A stretch of DNA of 64,000 nucleotides from the IMG/VR virus record IMGVR_UViG_3300021168_000016, positions 32,001-96,000 of that record; one strand, written 5' to 3'. This document shows, piece after piece, positions 30,201 to 42,800 of this stretch. The translations under genes and the position numbers were made by a program. The notes under the pieces were generated by a model. It was given only the letters and a program-made list of their open reading frames with translations, did not search any database and was not told the DNA's origin. The stretch is from a virus. The number at the start of each line of letters is the position of its first letter. Position 1 is the stretch's first letter.

Positions 30201-33200
30201 CCATGATTGACTATCTCGAATCCATGCCTGAATCAATAGATCAGACCATCGAGTATGTCAGGCAGAAGTTGCAAGAGAAAAGAGACAAGGTAGCAGGTTG
30301 GAACAAGAAGGCACGCGCCGCTGTTGATACAGCAACTTGTCCTGATTGCGGACACAAACTGCATACAGGAGTCTCTTGTCTGGAATCTGATTGCTGTGGG
30401 TGCGGAGAGTGATATCAACTCCGCTTTCACTCCTGTTTGTATGTCTAGTTGCTTCAACGATCCGAGCATTCTGTGAGGGTGCTGTGAAAGGAGTATACAA
30501 GCTCGTGCTATTGTTGGTATTTGTGAAATGTTTGATTATGTTAGCGGCACTAACGTCTGGGCAGTAGAAGTGAGGTCTGGCCATGCATGTTACACAAAGC
30601 GTTGACCGTGCTCCAATCACCAACATCACAATCAATTGCGATTGTGATGATTTACGTATGGAGACATTTTCTCTCTACGTGGAGATGTTGAATATATATG
30701 ATGTTTGCGCCGCTGCTATTCCTGAATGGAGAAGGAGTCAACGCAGACATCAAAATCCAAATCCTAACTGGAAGAACTAAAACATCTGCGACATAGATCA
30801 GCCAGTCTGATATAGGCTGGCTGATGTTTGTTTCATGTGTTAAATCCAATAGAGGAGTTGTAAATGACAACGACAGAACAACCTGACCAAAAATTCAGCT
30901 CAGCCGATGAAATAGCAAAGACGCTATTACAGAAGCATCCCAACTGGAACGCCAGCCAAAATGAACTAAAGAACACAATCCTGGCAAGTCCGAAAGACTC
31001 CGGCACCGACGAAGCTCCAGTCTATGACGTCCAAAAGACGATGAAGAACATGGAGAAAATGAGCGAGCGCTGGGAGAAAGCTGCTTAATACTGTTGTCGA
31101 TCGATGACAAAAGGCTGATGCAGAATATAGCATCAGCCTTTTGATGTGGATCGTCAATCAAGGGAGACTACAAAATGCTTGGAGATTTGACTAGGCTGAC
31201 AGATACACAACTGCTTGAATTCTTCATGTTGATCTTAAGCAAACCAGACAAAGAAATCTCACCATTCGATCACAGTGAAATGACTCAAATCAATGATGAA
31301 TTCCTTAGACGGGGATTTGTTAGGGAAGCATACGCTGATTTACTGGCCAGTAAGGAGAAATAAGATGGACGAATGGTATTGCATGAATTGTGGGAAGCAA
31401 CTAGTAAAAGTAAAGCTGGATGAAGGTGATTTTCCTTGCTGCCTGGATTGTGCAATTAAGTATACAATTCATGGGACGGGAGTAGGCGATTCACTGTTCG
31501 TCGTAGGGGCTGACTCCCTTAAGATTACATTCTAAGGTTGCCCTATAGAAGCAGTGATAACCCCAGCCATTCGTAGCGATCTTGGTCGCAACCTAGATAA
31601 GAAAGGAGGATAGCCAATGCGGGAAAAGATGGTCATAGAAATTACTCCTGATCGCATAGAAAAGATGAAAAAGGTAGCAGTAGCCGTAGTCGAACTTATA
31701 GGTGCAAGCGACCTCACAGTGATAGAAAAGTATCTCTGTCTTAAGTATCTGTCTGAGACGTTCACTGACACATATAAGATAGAGGCTGAAGTCTTTGAAG
31801 TCTCTACTGCAACTGATAGCAAAACTGCGAATTGAGGGACAAATGAAAAAAGAAGACGAACAGTTGAATAAACTTCAAGCAGCGGGAAATGATGTCGTCT
31901 CCCTCCTTAATGAAAGGGGATTAACCCCAATTGAAATGCTGCTAGTCATCACAGCGCTCTACACCTCCATGGCACAGGCTCTTGGAGTAGTAGATCCCGT
32001 TGGAATGCTAGCTTCAAAGATGAAAGACAACAAAGGTAGGAATTAAGGACGAATGCAGTGATCCTGCAGACCTGATGGCCATGACGATGGCCATCTTGAA
32101 GTAAATAGTTAAAACGGCTTAGTTAAAACTAAGGGAAGGAACATATGCCACGCAAACGACGAGTAATCGTCACAATGAAACCCGACAGCATGTACTATGC
32201 TGTCTCAATCGAAGTAGAGGGAAAGTCGAAAGGGAGTTGGGAAGCAGTTAGGCCGGCAAAGTTGATCCACAAAAGGAGAATCGAGGCGAACCGATTAGGG
32301 TATATGATTGCAAGTATGCTAGTCTTGTCCGCCAAGGAGAAGTGAAGCTGTTATATTAAGAGCTCATTGGTATCTTACTGTATTGAAAGACAAGATTTGG
32401 GGTTGACAAGCAAATGAAAGGATCTCAGAATGGAACTCTACAGATGCCTCGACTGTGATTTCGTTGGTAATCTTGAGAAAGGAGGATGCTCCAAATGCTG
32501 TAGTCAGGCGACAATTTCTGAGGAAATTGTCAGGATTCACGATATAGAGTATGAAGTAATCAACACAGAAAGAGAAAGAGAAGAGGAATGTGCCTCTGTT
32601 CTAGTTGCAACTCCGCTCCCTGTAGCTGTAAGAAAGAAGAGTCAGTTAACTCTTCTTTTGATCATGATTTCCTCCGCTACCAGAACAAAATTCTCTTCAA
32701 TGTCATCCAAAGGGGTAAAATCCAGGTAGAGAGTAGCCCCAAACCAAACCCTTCTAAGTAGATACTGAACTCAGCCGTCATGTTTCAAGTAATTATGACG
32801 GCTGATTTGTGTATCTAAGGGAGAAGAAATGAATAACGATAGAGTCGTTCATGCGTTTCAGATGGTTATGTCAGTCCCTTTAGCACCTGATGATAAAGAA
32901 GAATACTTGCAGATGAAGCACACGGTACTCAATTGTCTTGCGATAATCGCAGAAGCAGGAAAGTTAGAAGTGGAGCTCAATCAAGCACTTGAAAACATAA
33001 CCGCAATAGTAAAGGGATCAGAATTCCGTAACTTTATAAATGAGTATCACAAAGCTGAGAAAGGAAAGAAGGACCATGCTAACTAGCCTATTGAAGGCAG
33101 ATGAACATCAATACATGAAAGAAATGATTGAAGAAGCAGAATATCAAAACTTCTGCCGAGAGCATCCTCACCTAAAGAAATTCACAGAGACATTTCGACG

Positions 33201-33991
33201 GATGAAATATCTCAGCAGAACACAGATTAACCGAAAGGTCATATGCCCAATCTTGGGCCATGACATACAAAGATGTACATTCTTTGAGGAATCCAGAGGA
33301 GTAGAGGCTTTCTGGTGTAACCGCTGTGACCATTCTGGTCATAACAGATTGTACTGAGGTATATACAGGTAAGCAGCTATGAAACACTATTATTGGATTC
33401 TGGATGAGAATGGAAATCCACTAAAAGTAAACGATCCTCTTACCTGGGCCGCTTGGTATGAGACAGCGGAGCGGCATATCGGTAATGATTTCCTTCCTGG
33501 CGGCATTCAGATTTCAACTGTCTTTCTGGGACTGGACCATAGCTTTTCCTTCTTGGAAGAAAGTCCTCCGGTTCTATGGGAGACAATGATATTCGGAGGA
33601 GAAGAAGATGGCTACCAGGAACGCTACTGTACCAAAGAGGAAGCACTTGAAGGGCACAAAATAGCAGTCATGTTAGCACAGATGAGCTTGTCCTCAAAGG
33701 AAGTAGGAGGTAGCAATGACAACACGTGAGTTCCATTTTATGCTGATAGGATTCAACATCGCCATGTGGCTCTGCATAGCTATCTCTTGGGTAGCGAGGA
33801 GAAGATTGAATCACAGGAAATGTGAGCATTGTAAGAGAAAGTTTTGGACGAGGGATTCAACCTGCAAGGATCATCCTAATCTGTTCTGTACCGATTATTG
33901 TGAAACAAGCTACGGGATAGATTTCCTAATCTCTGAAGGCATTCCTCCAGAGGTAGCTATCAAGATAGTATGTGCTCAAGAATCAAAGTAG
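27207..33991 (+). other. early region of about 20 small hypothetical CDSs separated by hairpin elements
   Basis: co-oriented ORFs with GGAGG RBS (e.g. 27207-27632, 27710-27988, 27991-28512, 28543-29226, 29523-29900, 29897-30412, 33379-33729). Confidence 0.65.
27631..27706 (+). repeat. conserved intergenic hairpin plus RBS cassette
   Basis: AATCAGCGACATAGAGT...TTGATGTTGAT also at 29444-29497; CAGATTGTAYTGGAGGA at 27183, 27689, 28521. Confidence 0.65.
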
Positions 33992-34036
33992 TATAACCCC
34001 CAACCTCCAACCAAATCTATAAAGAGGATATAGAAG

Positions 34037-35452
34037 ATGTCACAAGAGAGAGAATTATTGAACGAAGCCAGAGAACAAATTCAACGTCAACAAGAACAGC
34101 TGGAGGAACTGGCCAATCCTAGCGCTGTCAAACTGGGTACTGTGATGGCTGTCTATTCAGATTCCATCGTTGTTAGCTCGGGAGATGGTCTCTTCCAACT
34201 CATGAATCAACCGACAACTAAGCAATTCAAACCGGGAGATACCGTCTGCCTCCATCCAATGACCAGTAACCTGATAGGGAAGTCAGATTATGAAAGGTAT
34301 GGGAAGACAGGAACAGTTCAGTCCATTGGGACTGACTTCATAGAAGTCATTATCGACGGTAGTTCAACCTTTGTCTCTCAGACCAGAGTGAAGGGACTGG
34401 AAACAGGTGATCGTGTACTTTGTGATGTCACCAACACTATCATCGTGAAGAAGCTCGAGAGTGAAGCTGAGAAGTACTTGTTCGCTGAACAAGTCAACCT
34501 CGACTGGAGTGAGATTGGTGGATGTGATGAAGCAAAGAAAGAACTGAGAGGGACGATTGAGAAGCCAATGCAGCACAGCAAACTCTTTGCTGCTTTTAAG
34601 AAGAAGACACCAAAAGGCTTCTTACTTCACGGTCGTCCAGGCAATGGAAAGACTATGCTGGGAAAGGCAGTGGCAACAGCAATCGCTAAGGCTCAAGGGA
34701 AGCAAGCGGCACCTTCTGCTTTCTGCTATGTGAAGGGACCAGCAATATTAGACAAGTTCGTCGGTGAGACGGAAAAGATGATCCGAGCACTCTTTGAACA
34801 ATGCCGGCAGCATAAGCAGAAACATGGCTACCCTGCTGTCATGTTCGTCGATGAGGCTGATGCGATATTGGCTAATCGGACATCCAGTAAGCACATTGGA
34901 CTTGGGATGACAGTTGTCCCCCAATTCCTATCAGAAATGGATGGACTTGTGGACAGTGCTGCCATTGTCATACTGGCTACAAACCGCCCAGATACATTGG
35001 ATCCTGCCGTAATTCGTCCAGGGAGAGTAGATCACAAACTCTATATTGCTCCCCCATCCAAGGAGAATGCTACCGACCATATCGCTATCCATATGCGAGA
35101 GATTCCAACCAGTGAGGATGATTTAGCTAGTCGGGTAACAGAAGAATTGTATACCGAAAGCTATCCTCTCTACAGGATGGTCGCTCATGGGCAGTGGGTC
35201 TTCTTTGGATTAAAAGACTTAATCTCAGGAGCCATGCTAGCTTCCATCGTTGAACAAGCAACGTCCAATGCCATCGATAGGAACATAGAATCAAAGAGTT
35301 CTAAAATCAATGGCGTTAACTTCTGCGATTTCCAATCTGCCTTAAAGTCGATGCAGAAATCACAGTATGGTCTCAACCATGAACTGGAAGTTCAGGAGTT
35401 CGCGGAAGCTCGCGGCTTCAAACCATCCACAATCCAGTGGGTAGGAGTCTAA
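34037..35452 (+). CDS. ARC/Mpa/PAN-like AAA+ ATPase
   Basis: N-terminal coiled coil, two OB-like segments, WSEIGG, LLHGRPGNGKT, VKGPAILDKFVGETE, FVDEADAI, VPQFLSEMDG, ATNRPDTLDPAVIRPGR, ISGAMLASIV. Confidence 0.85.
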   Translation: MSQERELLNEAREQIQRQQEQLEELANPSAVKLGTVMAVYSDSIVVSSGDGLFQLMNQPTTKQFKPGDTVCLHPMTSNLIGKSDYERYGKTGTVQSIGTDFIEVIIDGSSTFVSQTRVKGLETGDRVLCDVTNTIIVKKLESEAEKYLFAEQVNLDWSEIGGCDEAKKELRGTIEKPMQHSKLFAAFKKKTPKGFLLHGRPGNGKTMLGKAVATAIAKAQGKQAAPSAFCYVKGPAILDKFVGETEKMIRALFEQCRQHKQKHGYPAVMFVDEADAILANRTSSKHIGLGMTVVPQFLSEMDGLVDSAAIVILATNRPDTLDPAVIRPGRVDHKLYIAPPSKENATDHIAIHMREIPTSEDDLASRVTEELYTESYPLYRMVAHGQWVFFGLKDLISGAMLASIVEQATSNAIDRNIESKSSKINGVNFCDFQSALKSMQKSQYGLNHELEVQEFAEARGFKPSTIQWVGV

Positions 35453-35453
35453 G

Positions 35454-35654
35454 ATGCAGATACAAAGGCAGCGACAGAAGGAAGGAACTGAGAACAGGAA
35501 CAAGCAGATCCCATCGGGAGTTCCTGTCATTGACAACTCCGATCTCCTGGATAAGCTTCAGGAAGCGGGCAAGGAGGATGAAGGAACAGACTTTGACTCC
35601 ATGGATGATGGTTCGCCATTGGATGATGGAGAAGGAGGCTGCACATGCTGGTAA
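35454..35654 (+). CDS. small acidic disordered Pup-like protein ending CTCW
   Basis: directly after the ATPase; paralogous to the next ORF. Confidence 0.5.
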   Translation: MQIQRQRQKEGTENRNKQIPSGVPVIDNSDLLDKLQEAGKEDEGTDFDSMDDGSPLDDGEGGCTCW

Positions 35655-35860
35655 AGAAACAGAAGAAAGAAGAAGTTAAGGAAAGCATCCATGACCAAAA
35701 GATTCCTCAAGCAGTGCCAGTCGTAGATTCCTCAGAACTGGTGAAGAAACTACAATTGGCTGAGGAAAAGAAGAAACGGGAAGAATCCCAAATCGAGAAA
35801 TTGGAAAGAGAAGTAAGGCAATTAATGAGGGAAGCAGAAAGGAAATGCGGATGCTTCTAA
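35645..35860 (+). CDS. small coiled-coil protein ending CGCF, paralog of the previous ORF
   Basis: shared IPxxVPVxDxSxLxxKLQxA core. Confidence 0.5.
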   Translation: MLVKKQKKEEVKESIHDQKIPQAVPVVDSSELVKKLQLAEEKKKREESQIEKLEREVRQLMREAERKCGCF

Positions 35861-35978
35861 TAAACTACTGGAAGACAACATATTGGAAGCATGTTTTGTT
35901 AGCAAAACCGATAATATGGGGAGTCGACTCCAACTTCAATCCGCCAAAGAAGTACATTAGAGTATTGGGGATTGCCAT

Positions 35979-36305
35979 ATGCTGGTAGAATGGTTAGAGA
36001 TAGGATACCTCTCGCTAGGCACATCAACCATCACCCTAACAATAACCCGAGCAAAGGTATCTAAGCCCCTGCGGGCTTGGATATCTTCTCATAGTAGTTA
36101 CCTAGGCGAAATGATTAACTGCCCGTACTGCACCAGTCATTGGGTAGCATTTCTGCTATGTGGAATCTATCATCCACGACCCTTCCCACTGAACTGGTTA
36201 ACTGACTGGTTTGTCAGTTCGATGGCAGTCGTTGCGATTTCCTCAGTTCTAAGTCGGTTCGTGTTTTCAGCTATAACCAAAATCTATCCGCCAAAAGAGG
36301 ATTAG
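35979..36305 (+). CDS. DUF1360-like membrane protein
   Basis: PLRAW...LGEMINCPYCTSHW plus hydrophobic helices. Confidence 0.6.
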   Translation: MLVEWLEIGYLSLGTSTITLTITRAKVSKPLRAWISSHSSYLGEMINCPYCTSHWVAFLLCGIYHPRPFPLNWLTDWFVSSMAVVAISSVLSRFVFSAITKIYPPKED

Positions 36306-37453
36306 CATGCAGATAAAACAGACTGTAAAAAGAGCTGAAGAGTCGATAGAGAGATTCAGGCAAAGAGTAGGCGGAGATATCTACTTATTCCTTTGTAGTA
36401 TGATCCTATTACTCAACGGCCTGATCCTGGCTGCCGCAGGGATCTACATGATCTTTACGCGAGACTGGAAACACGGATTTGCTGTACTCCTAGTAGGAGC
36501 TGGTGCTACTATTCTCGCTCGTGTTTTCTTCTTGCTATCTCACTGGTTCAAGAGGCTAATAGACAGATTGTTTGAGAAACTTTGGGGAAAGTAGATGACA
36601 AAAGCAGAGATTAAGCAATGGTGTACCGATAACCTCTTTGGGCAGCGAAAGATATATGGAGTTGAGATACCGCTGACTCGAGCACAAAGAGCTATACTCC
36701 AGCTGGCCGTAGCTGTCATCCTTAAATGGGAGGCGAGAGATGAAGCAACAAAGGAAGTATCCAGCAAAGTTACTCCGTCGGCTAAGAAGAGAGTTGATCT
36801 TTTGGCAGACAGAGTACCTTCTGCTGGTAAAGAAGAATTACCCAATTTCGTACAGGGACCAGATATTCAAGACAAGTCTTCGCGCTAAGCAAGTCCTCAA
36901 GAATTAGGGGGTAAGGTGGAAAACAATGACAGCTTTCAAAAGCCGCCAATCAAGCCACCAACTAAGCCGCCATTCGTCGGGGATACCAATTATGTAAGAT
37001 TGGATAACCGAACAAAAGTCAGCCTGATGGCAGCTATCATGTTTGCACTCGACGGCTCGATCACAGAAGATCAAGCAGTAGAATATGCAATCTCGTTGGA
37101 CAATAAGGTGGCAGAGAGACTTCGACAAATTAAACACGAAAGAAGGATGAAAGGATTTCAATAAAGCACCATACTGGTTGCTGCGGTTACTTTCTACTAT
37201 TTGCCTGTAGAGATAATCCGGAGAACACTCCGCAACTAATCAACCAACGGCAACTAGGAGAAGGTAATGAGAAAGGAATACGTTGGTAAGGTCAAAGAGT
37301 ACAGTACAGATTCAAGGCGGAATCCATACACGGTAATACTTGTGGAGATGCCTTCACATCTAGACTATAGGATCTTTGTTCCTGGACAGGAGTTTCTGTT
37401 CGGTGACAAGATAAGAGTAATCCTTGAACAAACCCAAAAAGAAAAGAAAGGAA

Positions 37454-38983
37454 ATGAGCCTGATGGCAACAAAGGATGAAATTCGAGCAGAAATATTGGA
37501 TCTTCTCGAAGGTGGTGATAAAAAGAAGGTTCACATCGCAGAGGTAGTACGAACTGGAGAAAAGATCATCATTCCGAAAGGGATGAAAACCAAAACAGCC
37601 ATTGAAACACTGCAGAAACAAATGCAGTATGACAACGAAACAGTCAGGATGACTTTCGACTTCAACTACTTCTACTGGGATGGAGCTTATGCTCTATCAC
37701 AGGCAATGGAAAAGAGGTATGGATTTGTCTTCGGAAAGACAGAAAAGACCTTCTTCGGAGATTTTCCGCCTCAACTCGTTGGCGTCGAAGTTGAACAAGG
37801 GAAGTCTATCCTTATTCCCTATGGAAAGTTCACGGCTCCTTCAGTAGCGGATTCAGTCTTTGAAACTGGATTCCAGATAAAAGACGGAAGGATGAACTTT
37901 CAGTACAGTGTGACCTGCAAGCACATGTACGAAGAAGAAATGAAGAAGCTTCGAGATGAAGTAGAGAAGTATCTCGAAGAACATTCAATCTACAAAGGGA
38001 AAGCAATTTCAATTCGGTTCAAGAACGATAAGGGGGAGAATCTTATAGATCTCAAACAAGTCCCAACCCCAAAGTTCTTGGATCTTTCAAAGCTTGTCGA
38101 AGATGATCTGGTCTTCAGCAAGAAGGTCGGGGATGCAATCGACACGAACCTGTTCACAATCCTTGAGAAGCCTGAACTCGCAAGGAAGGCCGGTATCCCA
38201 ATCAAGAGGGGTATCCTGCTTGCCGGTGATTATGGGACAGGAAAAACACTCACAGCTTATGTAGCCGCGCAGAAGGCTGTGAAGCACAGCTTCTTCACAT
38301 ATATCTACTGTGAACAACCTCAGGAATTCACGCAGATTATGCGATTCGCTGCCCAGTATGCTCCTGCCCTTGTCTTCTGTGAAGATGTCGAGAAGATCGC
38401 GGGACTTGACAAGGACAAAGGTGTTGATGAACTCGTCAACATCATTGATGGCGTGGAGACGAAGAATGTGGAGATTATCGTGGTCTTCACGACCAATGTC
38501 ATCAAGAATGTGCATCCTTCTTTACTGCGTCCTGGTAGGATGGATGCAGTTATCCCAATCTATAAACCAGATGCAGAGGCTGTTCAGCGTCTCGTCTGGA
38601 ACTATTGTGGTCAGTTCCTGGAGATGAACGCAGATCTTTCACAGGTCGGCGAATTGCTAAAGGACAACATTCCCTCTGTAATTCGAGAAGTCTGCGAAAG
38701 GTCAAAGCTTTCTGCTCTACGCTTTGTTAATAAAGGTGAAGAGTTGAAAACAATCCCGGTAGAAGCCTTAACCGAGGCTGCTACGACAATGACAATGCAG
38801 TTAGAGCTTCTGAGTAACCGCTCAGTAACTCCTCTAAAGCCTGAAGTACAGGCCCAAGCTGATATTGCTAAGGGTCTTCTTAGGATAGCGGAAGCAATTG
38901 CTCTTTCTGCAGGGAAGAGTTTACCCGAACCAACGCCTGTAAAGATCAACAAGGAAGTCGAAGAGGTCACAGCGGCGCGCTAG
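37454..38983 (+). CDS. AAA+ ATPase
   Basis: KRGILLAGDYGTGKT, VFCEDVE, FTTN, LLRPGRMD. Confidence 0.85.
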   Translation: MSLMATKDEIRAEILDLLEGGDKKKVHIAEVVRTGEKIIIPKGMKTKTAIETLQKQMQYDNETVRMTFDFNYFYWDGAYALSQAMEKRYGFVFGKTEKTFFGDFPPQLVGVEVEQGKSILIPYGKFTAPSVADSVFETGFQIKDGRMNFQYSVTCKHMYEEEMKKLRDEVEKYLEEHSIYKGKAISIRFKNDKGENLIDLKQVPTPKFLDLSKLVEDDLVFSKKVGDAIDTNLFTILEKPELARKAGIPIKRGILLAGDYGTGKTLTAYVAAQKAVKHSFFTYIYCEQPQEFTQIMRFAAQYAPALVFCEDVEKIAGLDKDKGVDELVNIIDGVETKNVEIIVVFTTNVIKNVHPSLLRPGRMDAVIPIYKPDAEAVQRLVWNYCGQFLEMNADLSQVGELLKDNIPSVIREVCERSKLSALRFVNKGEELKTIPVEALTEAATTMTMQLELLSNRSVTPLKPEVQAQADIAKGLLRIAEAIALSAGKSLPEPTPVKINKEVEEVTAAR

Positions 38984-39384
38984 AGCATTAGTCTCGCTCA
39001 AGAGCATATCAGGATATCGATATGCTCTTTATGAGGGACTATCTATGCAAGGACCAGGAAAGTATGATGCAGAGTGCAAAGCGGTTGTCAACCAGACAGA
39101 GGCAGATGGAGCTATCTTGATTATCTTTGGTGGTAAGCGAGGTTCGGGAATGGCAACGATAGCTAACGCTGAAGCCCTCACTAGTATACCGGGAGTACTT
39201 CGATACGTTGCAGATATGATAGAAAAGGATATGATAGAAATGGGAGGAAAAGCATGAAAAAGAAGTGTTGGTGCTGTAAAACTCCTAAAGCGATTCATTT
39301 CTACTCAAAGGCAGAATGGACAAAGAACATTCCAATGTGTACCTCATGCAGAAGTAAAGAAAACAAAGGAAGGCCTAAACGAAG

Positions 39385-39816
39385 ATGAGAGAACTTCGAC
39401 TGATCATTTGTGGAGACAGGTTCTGGCAGAATAGAGATATTATCTATTTCACAATGAGAACTCTCAAGGATAATCTCGGAAACTACACAGTTATTGAAGG
39501 AGAGGCTCCTGGAGCTGATTCAATGGCTAGGGCGGTAGCCAAGATAAACCTTAATCTTCCTTACGCTCCTTATCCAGCTAAATGGGAGACTTACGGAAAG
39601 GCTGCTAGCCCTATGAGGAACACACAGATGAGAATCGATGGGAGAGCTGATGCTGTAGTTGCCTTCCATTACGATCTAAAGCGCAGTAGAGGCACTAAGA
39701 ACATGGTAGAACAGGCGATGAGAGCAGGACTGCCTGTATGGATAGTAAGTGAAGGTCCTGCCAAGCTAGCTGAATTCATCATACGGCTAAAGGAAATCCA
39801 AAGGGAGGAAGAATGA
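39385..39816 (+). CDS. SLOG/YspA-like (DUF2493) protein
   Basis: IICGDR, VIEGEAPGADSMA, YPAKWETYGKAASPMRNTQM, SRGTKNMV. Confidence 0.8.
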   Translation: MRELRLIICGDRFWQNRDIIYFTMRTLKDNLGNYTVIEGEAPGADSMARAVAKINLNLPYAPYPAKWETYGKAASPMRNTQMRIDGRADAVVAFHYDLKRSRGTKNMVEQAMRAGLPVWIVSEGPAKLAEFIIRLKEIQREEE

Positions 39817-42800
39817 ACTACTATTCACTCGACGAAATCCACCACATCTTTGTCGAAGTTGTTGATGGGCGCGGCCGGCATGGAGATTTCCTTAAGAAAT
39901 ATGCGGCGGCATTTCTTCAAGCAGATGACGAGAATGCTTTACTACTAAAGGTCTCGGCACTCATGCTGATCAAAAAGTACCATCTTGACGCTTATCTTGA
40001 CAACTACCAGCCTGAAAAGCTTGGTGAAGATGCATGGATACGACAGAAAGCAGCAAAAGAAGACGGCGCTATTGTCTCGGCTGGTCATATGACAAAAGAG
40101 GAGAAGAAAAATGGCTAAGAAGGGGTATATGATTCCGCAGCAAAGTGAAGAGCATGTCTATCTCGATATCTATGACGCCTGGAATAACCAAAGCGAAGGT
40201 AGTGATATTGTTAAAGTTGAAGTCAGTGAACTCTTAGCGATTGAAATCGTCCACGAGTGGACCTGTCCGGGATGTGAACAGGTAACTACTGGTCTGCGCG
40301 AGGAAGATAAAATCTTCTGCATATATTGTTCTACATGGCAGGAAAATAGAGGATCACACGCCTGGAGTGACCTTGAAGCAGTTACTACTCGATTAATCGA
40401 GCTAGCCATCCAAAAGCTCACGGATGAGGGGAAGGATAAAGAAGAGATCAACAAGATCTTCAAGCACTTCGTTGCCGTATCAAACGAAATGGAGAAAGAG
40501 AAAGAAGATGCCGTCTAACCTCGCAACCCTCATTAAGATAGCAAAACTGTACATCGCAATTCCTTCAAAAGTAGTGAAGGAGCACCTTGGTCCCAAGAAG
40601 TACCATGAACTGATGGAATGTTACACGCAAGTAAGCCATCTGATTGAGCACCAAGGAGAACTCTTTAAGAAAGAGAAATCTAATGTCAGAAAGTCTCATG
40701 AAAGTAGTTGAGTGCAGATTTTGTGAAAGAAGATTCCATAGCTACAACCACGATAGATTCACATGCGAGCAATGTTCAATTCTCTACCAAGCTGTAGCGA
40801 GCACTGATCCTAGGGTACTTAGAAATATAATCAAGGAGGTTTTCAAGATAAATGTCACCTCAGACAGAGAAGTGTGATTTCTGCTATTCTGATCAACCAA
40901 TCAAAGCCTATACGCATCCTGAGATAACTTTACCTCCTCCAATTGGGATATTATTCCTCGCGGGAGAATGGTCTGCTTGTAAAGAGTGCGCTGATTTGCA
41001 TGAAGCAGGTAAGCTTGAGGAACTGATAGAGAGGGTAATGGCATCTCCTTCTGTAGCCAATCGTAACATAGACAGAGATCGAGCACGTCGGGATCTTAGA
41101 TACATGTATCCACAAATCTCACGAGAAGGAAGGTCAATATTAAACTAATGATAACACTAAGCGAAAAGTGGCAGGATCGTCTAGCTTCCCAACCAGAAAC
41201 AGGGATGGGCTACCAAATCTGTTCAATCAAATTAACAGATGGACGTGAATTAAATGATGTAACAGTCCTATCTGGCCAGGCTGTTGTATCCGATGAGATT
41301 TCTTCAGAGGAACAAATCGAGAGTATAGAGGTAACAAGATTAAGGAGATGATATGAAAGTTAGACTTCCTGGAGTCCCAATTGATGTTGAAGTAGTCAGT
41401 GAACAGAAGTGCTTAGAAGCAGACGTAATTCGAGCAGCACTTCCCAAAGCTATATACGATAAAAGTGTCGCAGCAGGTGACGAATATGTTCCCGGTACTA
41501 AAGGGGGATTCTTCTGCATAGTCTGCGGATGTGAAGTCGTATTAGCTCCTTCTGGTCAGCGGATTGAGGCCCAAGGGGGCGGATACACTTGCATGAATTG
41601 CGTTCTAAAAGCAGCGAAAGAAGAGGATCACAACTAAATGCTTTTCAAGATCAAACATCCGTGCGAACTTTGCCCTTTTAGAAAAGATGTAAGACCTTTT
41701 CTAAGAAGAGCTCAATCGATTGCAGAACAGATGGAAGATGATCACTTTTGGTTCGCTTGCCACGAAACTACTGGGGTGAAAAGCGGCAGACGTGTTCGCC
41801 CCGCGAAGCAATCACACTGTGCTGGATTGATGGGTGTCCTTTGGAAAATGAAGCGACCTAATATCGCGATGCGGCTCGCACTAATGTATAAAATGATCAC
41901 AGTCAAGCAATTAAATTCTATCCAGAATGTATTTAACTCGTTGAACGAATTCAAGAACCACCATGATGAGGAGGTGTAGTATGTCAGTAGGGAGCATCGG
42001 AATGCGAGTATATCTTCCACCGGTTGACGGTGAAAGAGTAAAAACACTCGTCGGAGAATTAGTGAAAGTTCAACCAAAGCCCGAAATAGTCGGCAGATAT
42101 GGGACAATCACAGATTACGAAGTAATAGACTTCATCGGTAGGCCAATCCACATTCCAGTTATCACACTGGATGATGGGAAAATAGTCAGAGGTTATGAAT
42201 GCTGGTGGACTGAATCGAATGGAGATGACCCGTGCCATCAAAGGAAGAGCTAAGTGATGACTCAATCGGAGAGATCTGGGAATGGGTCGGAGTTGCTACT
42301 AGGAAATCAACTCCACAACCTAAACCTGACGTAATCCTACCTTATGGTACTCTGGTTGAAAATACCAGAGCTACAATTATAGGAATAGGTACCAGCTTAA
42401 AGTGGGTAGCTATTCTTCCCAACGGAGATCTAGTTATCGGGCCTGGAATGATTACACACACAGCGAACGAAGAGAATTATCAACTAGGGATTGAAGCCAA
42501 AGAATTTAGGAATGATATGATCTTCCTGAAGAAAGCTATGGTACATGGGACAATCAACCTCAAGAACATTCCGAAACTGAAGTAAGGAGGAAAAGTATGG
42601 AATGGAAGAACAGTGAAAACCTACTCACAGAAGTAATAGGTGAAATCGGCCAAGCTGACGGTGGGATGTTTACGCCGCCTGGAAAGATTTGCGTCCATGA
42701 AAAGAAACTCTTTGTCTTAGAAGATGCTTTTCTGAGAAAGATGTTTGCACTAACAACATTTTATGCCCGGGAAGCAGGACAACTCAAGGTTAAGCTGCAG

